DNA from: an uncultured Candidatus Saccharibacteria bacterium | GTDB taxonomy: Bacteria; Patescibacteriota; Dojkabacteria; J137 | DNA length: 35,770 nt | Assembly: GCA_965230975.1 (NCBI GenBank) | Contig: OZ246402.1 | Location: 1-35,770, forward strand | Direction: 5' to 3' | Shown here: piece after piece, positions 27,774 through 35,770 of the stretch | Numbering within the stretch: the first letter of the stretch is position 1 | Layout of the letters: each line of letters begins with the position of its first letter | The notes under the pieces: generated by a model | Databases searched by the model: none | Seen by the model: the letters and a program-made list of their open reading frames with translations, nothing else | Told to the model about the DNA's origin: nothing | Position numbers and translations under genes: made by a program

Positions 27774-28151
27774 TTAAAAAATATTAAGAGTATCTACTCC
27801 TAAGAAACTTGCAACCACACCTGTTATAGCTGGTGCGAATACTGCAATTGCCATACCAACAATTGCTGCAACAATAATATTTCTTGCTGTTTTAATTTTA
27901 CCCTCATCTCCTTGAGATGTTAGCCAAACCGCAGCAGCATAGAGAATCATTCCAATAAATGTGAGTATAAATAATGGTCTAATTAAGCTTGTTGCAAAGT
28001 TTATTACTTGTTCTAAATCATCAAATACAGTTGGATTTGGAATTTGAGGTAAACCCAAACTGCCAGAGCTAGCAAAAGTTGTAATTTTAAAAGATAAAGA
28101 AAAAACTAGCACTAATAAAAAAAGAACAAATTGTTTGGTTAACTTTTTCAT
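27774..28151 (-). CDS. VirB2/TrbC-like pilin paralog 1 (minimal form)
   Basis: 125 aa. The signal peptide ends TTFASS. The core is TM (LFILTFIGMILYAAAVWL), TSQGDEGKIKTARN, TM (IIVAAIVGMAIAVFAPAITGVV). It has no Cys. Confidence 0.6.
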   Translation of the reverse strand: MKKLTKQFVLFLLVLVFSLSFKITTFASSGSLGLPQIPNPTVFDDLEQVINFATSLIRPLFILTFIGMILYAAAVWLTSQGDEGKIKTARNIIVAAIVGMAIAVFAPAITGVVASFLGVDTLNIF

Positions 28152-28206
28152 AAATTTAATTTAAGATACTCATAATTTAATACATATTGACTTAATTATC
28201 AAAAAA

Positions 28207-30771
28207 TTACTTAACTTCTTGAATAGATAATCCGTTCAAAAAAACATCATCACCATCTTTTACATTACCTAAAATTATTTCATTTGCTAATATGTCTTCT
28301 ATTCTTTCTTGCACAACCCTTCTCAACTCTCTAGCACCCCACAATGGTGAGTAACCTATTTTGGCCAGTTCTTCTAATGTCTTATCATTCCAATGAATTA
28401 CAATACCTTTCTCGATTAACTTCGTATTGACTTCTGCTAAGAATTTCTCAACAATTTTTGTAATTTCTAACAAACTTAAATGTTTAAACATTATTAATTT
28501 ATCAAATCTATTTAAAAATTCAGGTCTAAAATAATTACTTAATATTTCTAAAGATGAACTTTTTATTTCTGAATAGCTCTCTTTTTGCTGGTATAACTTT
28601 TGAATCTCTTTTGACCCTACATTTGAAGTCATAATTATAATTGTATTGTAAAAATCTATTTTTCTTCCCATTCCATCTTTAAAGAATCCATCATCTAAGA
28701 CAGATAAAAATAAATCCAAAACTTTAGGATTTGCTTTTTCAATCTCATCTAATAATACCAAGGCAAAAGGCCTTGACCGAACTGTGTCTGCTAAAAAGCC
28801 TTTTGTATAACTCCCATCAGAATTATAACCACCTATCAATCTTGTTAAATTTTGCTCTTCTTGATATTCGGACATATCTATTCTAATCATTAAGTTCTCA
28901 CTTCCGTAATATAAATCTGCCAATGCTTTTGCTAATTCTGTTTTGCCTACCCCTGTTGGTCCGTAAAATAAAAACGAAGCTATTGGTTTTTTACTATTGG
29001 TTAATCCGGACCTTGATCTTTTAATTGCAGCAACTACAGGAGTTATTGCTTCGGTTTGACCAACTACTCTACTTTTTAAATTATCTTCCAAATTACCAAG
29101 CACCTGTTTTTCATCTATACCTAAGTTTCCAATCTTTACGCCAAGTTTTGTATAAAGAAGCTCTTCTACCAAAGAACCGTCCAAATAGTTGAAACCTTTA
29201 GACTTTGCCAAAACCATAGCCTCTTCTAATAAATCCATGCCTTTTAAAGGCATCTTTTTTTCGTAATCAAATTTATATGCATAATCTACAATTCTTTTAA
29301 GTGCCGAAAATTGAATAGATATTTGATTTTTGCTCTCTTTGCTAAGTGCTTCATCTGCCATTATTTGTAATGCAATTTGTGGGTCGGGCTCTTTAATTTC
29401 TAAAACATCAAATTTAGAAGCTAAATCTAAATCACTTTTTATATATTTTTGATAGTTTAATGGTTCATCAATCGCAATAAATTTAATTTTATTATCTAGT
29501 AGATTTTTTAATAGATTAACTGCTTCATCTTTCAAATTAGATCTAAAACTAAATAAACTTGTAAAGTTTTCACCAATTAATAGAATTTCACCAGATGCAG
29601 AAACCTCTTGAAATATTGCCAAAAATATTTTTTTTATATCTTCTATGCTTTGGGCATTTGCTATTATTTTTGCAAAGTTTAAAACAACAAGCCTACTATC
29701 TTTTAATTTTGAAGGCACGTCTTCTACTACCATTCTTGTAGCTAAATATTTTATAAAGGTTGTTTTGCCAACTCCACTTTCACCAAGCAAATAAACAAAT
29801 GTAGATGTATCTCTTTCTAGCAAAGACAATAAATTTGTCATTAACTCTTCTTTCCCAATTGAAATGCTAAAACTTCTGTTTGCGGCCTGGCTTGTTAAAT
29901 CTTGCCCGTATTTATCTAGCGTTGGAGTAATTGTAGATGTATATGTTGTATTTACGTCCCCAATCGGTTTAAGCTGGGACAAGATTTTCCATTTTTTTTG
30001 GTACTCAAATTTTTGATTTGAGTTAGAGTACCATTTTCTTAGGCCATCAAGTTCTAAATCTGTTACCTTGTTTTCTATCAAGCCAGGCCGCAAGTAATAT
30101 TTAAGCAATGTAAAAAATATTACATAAAGATTAATTCCAGATGTATTAAGTAAAATCCCTTCATTTAATAGTCTAGAAAAGAAATTTACATAATCTTCTG
30201 AAAAAGTTAAAAAGGTGGTTTTATTAACAAATTCATTTAATTGATCTGCATTTAACCCTAGCCTTTTTGAAAGGATGTTTGAAAACCTGGAGTCTTTTAT
30301 TAAGCTACTAAAAAGATATTTAATATAAGTGCTATCTTTATTATAAAGCTGATTTAATAACATTGAGGACTCTATATCTAAAAAGTCATTAATATAAAAC
30401 CCTTTTTCTTTTTTATTGGCAGATGCAAAGATTTTTGTGAGTTTTTGTTTTTTATGATTTAGTTCTAGGCTATTTCTGTCTCTTTTTAAAAAGTACCCAA
30501 TTATCAGTGAGACAATTAATAAATAAGGTATTAAATGTAATATACTTTTTGGCTTAATAAAATCTGCAAAATAGAATGTACCCTGTAATATCAAAATTCC
30601 AAAAACAATCAGTAATAAGATTATTGAAATTGAGATTAAAAAATTACCCAACTTTCTCTCTTGATTGTAACGTTCATGTTTTAAGCCGTTGTATTCAAAT
30701 AGTCTGCCAAAATCCAAGTAAATATAGATATTTCTAAATTCGAATAGTTTTTCAATACCTTGGTTTTTCAT
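28207..30771 (-). CDS. Membrane-anchored Hsp100/Clp-family double-AAA+ ATPase (ClpB/ClpA/ClpV-like; D1 degenerate, D2 intact)
   Basis: 854 aa with two N-terminal TM helices (FLISISIILLLIVFGILIL and LIPYLLIVSLIIGYF). D1 has Walker A GESGVGKT, but Walker B is ILLIGE (usual ILFIDE) and SKF replaces RRF. D2 has GPTGVGKTELAKALA, LVLLDEIEKA, MTSNVGS, PEFLNRFD and GARELRR. No M-domain-length insert or IGF/IGL ClpP loop is seen. Confidence 0.8.
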   Translation of the reverse strand: MKNQGIEKLFEFRNIYIYLDFGRLFEYNGLKHERYNQERKLGNFLISISIILLLIVFGILILQGTFYFADFIKPKSILHLIPYLLIVSLIIGYFLKRDRNSLELNHKKQKLTKIFASANKKEKGFYINDFLDIESSMLLNQLYNKDSTYIKYLFSSLIKDSRFSNILSKRLGLNADQLNEFVNKTTFLTFSEDYVNFFSRLLNEGILLNTSGINLYVIFFTLLKYYLRPGLIENKVTDLELDGLRKWYSNSNQKFEYQKKWKILSQLKPIGDVNTTYTSTITPTLDKYGQDLTSQAANRSFSISIGKEELMTNLLSLLERDTSTFVYLLGESGVGKTTFIKYLATRMVVEDVPSKLKDSRLVVLNFAKIIANAQSIEDIKKIFLAIFQEVSASGEILLIGENFTSLFSFRSNLKDEAVNLLKNLLDNKIKFIAIDEPLNYQKYIKSDLDLASKFDVLEIKEPDPQIALQIMADEALSKESKNQISIQFSALKRIVDYAYKFDYEKKMPLKGMDLLEEAMVLAKSKGFNYLDGSLVEELLYTKLGVKIGNLGIDEKQVLGNLEDNLKSRVVGQTEAITPVVAAIKRSRSGLTNSKKPIASFLFYGPTGVGKTELAKALADLYYGSENLMIRIDMSEYQEEQNLTRLIGGYNSDGSYTKGFLADTVRSRPFALVLLDEIEKANPKVLDLFLSVLDDGFFKDGMGRKIDFYNTIIIMTSNVGSKEIQKLYQQKESYSEIKSSSLEILSNYFRPEFLNRFDKLIMFKHLSLLEITKIVEKFLAEVNTKLIEKGIVIHWNDKTLEELAKIGYSPLWGARELRRVVQERIEDILANEIILGNVKDGDDVFLNGLSIQEVK

Positions 30772-31091
30772 ATTCTAAAGACAAATCTTATAACCCCGTA
30801 TACTGGTATAAAAGGTAATATTGCCAATAATACTAGTAATAAAATTGGGAGTACTACTTTAAAAATGCTAATTATGGTTCCCAAACTAATCCACCAAAAC
30901 TTTACTATCTTGCCAAACATAAGTCCAAAGCCGGAATTATCTTTATATAAAGGGATATTAAAAGTCTTTGCGAAAGGCAAAGCCCTGGTTTTATTCATAG
31001 AAAAAATAAAGGTTGCTAAGACTTTATCATTCAAAAAGCCCCAACAAACAACCGAATACCACCAGTTAAAAACTTCTAGAAACAAAGACAT
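30768..31091 (-). CDS. Small polytopic membrane protein, translationally coupled to the Clp-like ATPase
   Basis: 107 aa with hydrophobic helices (WWYSVVCWGFL, FWWISLGTIISIF and VLPILLLVLLAILPFIPVYGVI). Its stop overlaps the ATPase start in a 4-nt ATGA overlap. It is preferred over the mirror-image plus-strand ORF 30760-31104. Confidence 0.5.
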   Translation of the reverse strand: MSLFLEVFNWWYSVVCWGFLNDKVLATFIFSMNKTRALPFAKTFNIPLYKDNSGFGLMFGKIVKFWWISLGTIISIFKVVLPILLLVLLAILPFIPVYGVIRFVFRI

Positions 31092-31168
31092 TAAATATAT
31101 CTAACTGCCTATATTATGGAGAATAAGCAATGGAAAGTCCAGGGAATTTGGGATTGCTAGGTGACAAA

Positions 31169-31645
31169 CTAAAGCAAATTATTTGTTTGTAAATATGATT
31201 TTAAACTTTGAAACCCTGTCATTTCAAACACTTGCAACCCTGCTCCTATCGCAGATTGGCAGTATTTATGATCATCATCAATAAATAATATTTCCTGTGG
31301 GTTTACATTTAGTCTTTGAGCTATAGTTTTATATGCCTCGGCATCATTTTTGGTATATCCTACAGATTCTTCATTAAATATGTTTTCAAATACTGGGGTG
31401 AATAAATTCTTTAGTTCTAGGTGATTTTGTATGTAACCGGCAGTAAACATATTTATAGAATATTTGGATTTTAAAGTTCTCATCAATTCTAAATATTCTC
31501 TATCTATATAAAAATAGTCCCAAAAGTTGTAGTCTGGATTTTCTTTTTCTAATTTGGAATATAGTCTATTTAGGGTTTCGGTCCAAGATTCATCTTTAAC
31601 AAATAAAAATGTTCTAGATAAGTCAGAAAGGATTACTTTAATCAT
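31169..31645 (-). CDS. HAD-superfamily hydrolase-like protein
   Basis: 158 aa. The N-terminal motif I-like sequence is VILSDLSRTF, where the second Asp is replaced. The motif IV-like sequence is ILFIDDDHKYCQSAIGAGLQVF. Confidence 0.5.
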   Translation of the reverse strand: MIKVILSDLSRTFLFVKDESWTETLNRLYSKLEKENPDYNFWDYFYIDREYLELMRTLKSKYSINMFTAGYIQNHLELKNLFTPVFENIFNEESVGYTKNDAEAYKTIAQRLNVNPQEILFIDDDHKYCQSAIGAGLQVFEMTGFQSLKSYLQTNNLL

Positions 31646-31713
31646 ATTAATTAGTTAATTTTTAACTTTACATTGTAGCAGAATTATACCAACCTGAGGT
31701 AAGAAAATATTAA

Positions 31714-31736
31714 AGAGGCTCCTTTTACAGAGCCTC
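31714..31736 (-). other. Orphan GC-rich hairpin in an intergenic region (possible minus-strand terminator or attenuator)
   Basis: A 7-bp stem pairs GAGGCTC with GAGCCTC around an 8-nt loop. On the minus strand it is followed by TCTTTAATATTTTCTT. No ORF lies immediately upstream on that strand. Confidence 0.3.
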
Positions 31737-31958
31737 CCTTTATGCTAAAGCAATATTTTCGATACATGATTTAGTTATATATTTATATCCTTAAATTGTT
31801 TGGGATATACCTCACCGTGATAACTTTTAATTTGTATATACTCATACATAATATAACTACAAGTAGTGCTTTTAAGTCAATACATCTTGAATTACAGTAA
31901 ATATCTTTCACAACTGTCTCAAACCTCATAGAGCTAATGGGTTAATAAATATAGTATG

Positions 31959-31967
31959 TGATATAAT
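31959..31967 (+). promoter_or_regulatory. Candidate extended -10 promoter element for 31993-32289
   Basis: TGATATAAT fits TGnTATAAT and ends 26 nt upstream of the ATG. This is weak evidence in AT-rich DNA. Confidence 0.3.
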
Positions 31968-31992
31968 CGCCATTATTTATTAACAAAATATA

Positions 31993-32289
31993 ATGACTGC
32001 TCCTACTCCAGATAATAGACCGTTTGAGGAAAGGTATAATGAAACTAACCGTCGAACTACTGACAAATATAGGGCGACAGAAGGAATCAACCGTGCTGTC
32101 GTAACTGCAATACAAAATCTGATTGAAACCTTAGGTGCAGATCGTGATGTAGCAATCGAATTAGTTAGAGAGCAACTGGCGCTTTTGGGTAATAATAACT
32201 ATTTCCTTGATAATTTATATTCTACCTTTGAAATTCACCCTCAGAGTTTTGAGCCTGCTTCTGAAGAACCTAAAGATTCAGAATCTTAA
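31993..32289 (+). CDS. Hypothetical small acidic protein
   Basis: 98 aa with no motif. It is one of the few plus-strand genes and is followed by a strong terminator. Confidence 0.5.
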   Translation: MTAPTPDNRPFEERYNETNRRTTDKYRATEGINRAVVTAIQNLIETLGADRDVAIELVREQLALLGNNNYFLDNLYSTFEIHPQSFEPASEEPKDSES

Positions 32290-32306
32290 TATATATTTAT
32301 TATGTT

Positions 32307-32336
32307 AAAAAGGGCTCCCTTCGGGAGCCCTTTTTT
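32307..32336. terminator. Bidirectional rho-independent terminator between convergent genes
   Basis: AAAAAGGGCTCCC-TTCG-GGGAGCCCTTTTT forms a perfect stem with A and T tracts on both sides. It sits between the 31993-32289 stop and the groEL stop. Confidence 0.8.
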
Positions 32337-32398
32337 AATTCCTACCTTAAGGTGCTTTCTTAAAACATACAACTTGCAACTTAAGACTTATAACTTGT

Positions 32399-34033
<1,635 letters not shown>

Positions 34034-34055
34034 TTAAAAATTAAGTTCAAAATTA

Positions 34056-34361
34056 TTAATCTACTAATACTGCTAAAATATCTGCTTCTCTCATTAACAA
34101 GTATTTTTTACCATCTAATTCAACTTCTTCTGGTGCGTATTTTTTAAACATTACTACATCACCTTCAGATACGTTAAAAGGAACAACTTTTCCATTGTCG
34201 TCTTTTTTGCCTGTTCCTAATGCAATGATTTTTCCTTTTTGTGGTTTTTCTCCTTTACCGGATGTTTGAATTATTAATCCAGAAGCAGTTACTTCGTCTT
34301 CTTCGGTAGCTTCTACAAGAATGTATTCGCCTATTGGCTTTAGTTTTATAGCGCTTGCCAT
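34056..34361 (-). CDS. groES: Co-chaperonin GroES (Hsp10)
   Basis: 101 aa. It reads LKPIGEYILVE...ASGLIIQTS...GKIIALGTG...GDVVMFKKY and ends 31 nt upstream of groEL. Confidence 0.95.
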   Translation of the reverse strand: MASAIKLKPIGEYILVEATEEDEVTASGLIIQTSGKGEKPQKGKIIALGTGKKDDNGKVVPFNVSEGDVVMFKKYAPEEVELDGKKYLLMREADILAVLVD

Positions 34362-34403
34362 AAAGTTAAATAATAATATGTAAGATATTTAAGAGTTTGC
34401 TTT

Positions 34404-34430
34404 CTAGCAGTTAAGCTTTCAGCATGCTAA
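34404..34430 (-). promoter_or_regulatory. Degenerate CIRCE-like inverted repeat (candidate HrcA operator)
   Basis: The minus strand reads TTAGCATGC-TGAAAGCTT-AACTGCTAG against the consensus TTAGCACTC-N9-GAGTGCTAA. That is 13/18 arm matches with the exact 9-nt spacer. It lies directly downstream of the -10 box and upstream of groES. Confidence 0.45.
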
Positions 34431-34459
34431 TCATACCAATCCTTGAAATTCTCTGTCAA
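34430..34459 (-). promoter_or_regulatory. Sigma70-type promoter of groES-groEL
   Basis: The minus strand reads TTGACA (34454-34459), an 18-nt spacer, then TATGAT (34430-34435). The site is ~70 nt upstream of the groES ATG. Confidence 0.55.
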
Positions 34460-34523
34460 GGGAACATTGTTATAAGATATTGTGGACTATAAAAACTATG
34501 TTATTATTTTGCAATAAATTTTA

Positions 34524-34970
34524 TTGACAATTATGAATACTCATATTGATATTGAGGGAGATGTACCAACAACTAACTACTTGAGAAATGATTATGTATC
34601 AGAAGAATACATGTTAAGAAAATCCCTACAACTTGAAAGAGCTGGGCTTATGCAGTGGGGGAATAAAATTAACGAAATGACTCGTGTAAGGCTAATAGCT
34701 ACCGGTGCATACTCAAGTGTTGTACGGTTTATTGATTCTACTTTTTTCAAAAGATTTCAAAATAACATACCTAATTTTTTAGAGTTTCTAAGAGCAAGTG
34801 ATACCTTTAAAAATCAAATAAAACAAATTGCCTTTGATTACGATGTAGATATGTCAAATCTTGCTAAACTTATTATCCAAGATGCTATTGAAATGGAAGG
34901 CTACTTCGAATCATACGCAGAAATTTACTATGCAATAGGCGCCTTATTTTATAATGAAGAGGAACTTTAA
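34524..34970 (+). CDS. Hypothetical protein (paralog of the next gene)
   Basis: 148 aa from the TTG at 34524. The ATG at 34533 is a more likely start. No motif is recognisable. Confidence 0.5.
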   Translation: MTIMNTHIDIEGDVPTTNYLRNDYVSEEYMLRKSLQLERAGLMQWGNKINEMTRVRLIATGAYSSVVRFIDSTFFKRFQNNIPNFLEFLRASDTFKNQIKQIAFDYDVDMSNLAKLIIQDAIEMEGYFESYAEIYYAIGALFYNEEEL

Positions 34971-34973
34971 AAC

Positions 34974-35390
34974 ATGGATAGTCACATTCTTACTACAGAA
35001 GCGGAACTGAGAGTTGGCGCAGAATTTGTTGACGAGGAATACATGCAAGATAGAGTTATTGAGACATTAAAAAGATATTCTGAAATTGCTATAAGGCCCG
35101 AAGAAATTAAATTACTTATTGATAGTGGCGCACTTAGGTTAACTTCAGATTTTGTAAGAAATATTACAGAGCAAATTTTATACTCTTTAAACGGTGATAA
35201 AGATAGCTATATCGCCACAAATCTAGATAATATAAGGATAAGACTAAATGCAATTGCAGAAGAGTGCCAAGTACCCCTAGAATTATTGATGAGAGGCATG
35301 ATTTATTATGGGACTATCAATGACGCAAAGTATCCTTATAACGTTCAAGGAAAAGTTATGTTAAAAATAGCAAACCTTATTGAGTGGTAA
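34974..35390 (+). CDS. Hypothetical protein (paralog of the previous gene)
   Basis: 138 aa, starting 3 nt after the previous stop. It shares blocks with the neighbour, such as FVDEEYMQDRVIETLKR against YVSEEYMLRKSLQLER. Confidence 0.5.
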   Translation: MDSHILTTEAELRVGAEFVDEEYMQDRVIETLKRYSEIAIRPEEIKLLIDSGALRLTSDFVRNITEQILYSLNGDKDSYIATNLDNIRIRLNAIAEECQVPLELLMRGMIYYGTINDAKYPYNVQGKVMLKIANLIEW

Positions 35391-35420
35391 TTACTGAATA
35401 TTCGTTAATTCTGAGTTCGA

Positions 35421-35705
35421 CTAGACTTCACCCGAATCTCGCTTAGGTTTCTCAAATTCTACTTCAAAGTCTGAGCTAGTGTATAGCTCTCCGTCATCAC
35501 CTATGCTAAATCGAGTTTCTGATGACAATCGGCCTGTAGCACTCTCAAGTCTCTTTTGCTTAACAGAATTAGCAGAAGTTAAAGCTTTTACTTGAGCCTT
35601 ATTAAAATTAAGACTATCAACTATAAATTTAACCCTGCTCCGCCTTCGGTTATTGAGTAAGCCTTTGTTTGGCATAGCGTATACAATCCTCAAAAGAACT
35701 TTCAA
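35421..35705 (-). CDS. Hypothetical small basic/acidic protein
   Basis: The 94-aa ORF has no motif and its start is uncertain. It lies near the window edge. Confidence 0.3.
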   Translation of the reverse strand: MKVLLRIVYAMPNKGLLNNRRRSRVKFIVDSLNFNKAQVKALTSANSVKQKRLESATGRLSSETRFSIGDDGELYTSSDFEVEFEKPKRDSGEV

Positions 35706-35770
35706 AGCAAGCTCTCTTAGCCTATTTGCTTCTAAAAGGCTTATTGTTGGATAGACTTTCGGATTTAATA

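Noticed and set aside
30760-31104. Plus-strand 114-aa ORF that almost exactly mirrors the minus-strand 107-aa ORF
   Set aside because: The minus-strand reading gives a coherent polytopic membrane protein with a 4-nt start/stop overlap to the downstream Clp-like gene. The plus-strand product has no features and would be an isolated gene opposing the operon. Ribo-seq would settle it.
14190-31645. Reading the whole array as a classical integrative conjugative element
   Set aside because: No relaxase, oriT-like repeats, VirB4/VirB6, replication or partition genes are seen, and no integrase lies within the segment. The housekeeping smpB is embedded in it. Only a weak distal repeat supports island boundaries, and that is reported separately as a low-confidence finding.
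35409-35419. An 11-nt match (TCTGAGTTCGA) between the very start of the window (1-11, inside 23S) and 35409-35419
   Set aside because: Similarity does not extend beyond 11 nt, and many such matches are expected by chance in a 36-kb window. It is not evidence of a repeat or of circularity.

Overview
This is an AT-rich bacterial chromosome segment, coded almost entirely on the minus strand. It uses standard stop codons, with no sign of UGA recoding. Gene content and a divergent 16S suggest a small-genome Patescibacteria/CPR-type organism, but that is inference, not proof. The left end holds an rRNA operon on the minus strand: 16S, tRNA-Ile(GAU), tRNA-Ala(UGC) and the first ~1 kb of 23S. Housekeeping genes follow: polA, a SAM methyltransferase, ftsH with an enlarged extracytoplasmic domain, tRNA-Met(CAU), initiator tRNA-fMet, an Idi-like NUDIX protein, an FtsB/DivIC-like protein and a Xer-type tyrosine recombinase. 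At 13.8-14.0 kb a tRNA-Ile with a genomically encoded UAU anticodon sits among partial tRNA copies and att-like junctions. The main item is a ~17-kb tightly packed, co-directional minus-strand array at 14190-31091. It encodes a small membrane protein coupled to a membrane-anchored ClpB/ClpV-like double-AAA+ ATPase with a degenerate D1. Next come six tandem VirB2/TrbC-like pilin paralogs, several with cysteine-rich modules. The array continues with a coiled-coil membrane protein, an apparently circularly permuted SpoIID-like cell-wall enzyme, a membrane PH-domain protein and a PP2C-like/TM/beta-propeller protein. It ends with smpB, a low-complexity protein and a membrane-anchored VirD4/TraD-like P-loop ATPase. 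I read this as a non-canonical, poorly described T4SS-like pilus or surface apparatus. The right end holds a HAD hydrolase, groES-groEL with a sigma70-type promoter and a degenerate CIRCE operator, and small hypothetical genes. No CRISPR array, transposase or relaxase is visible.
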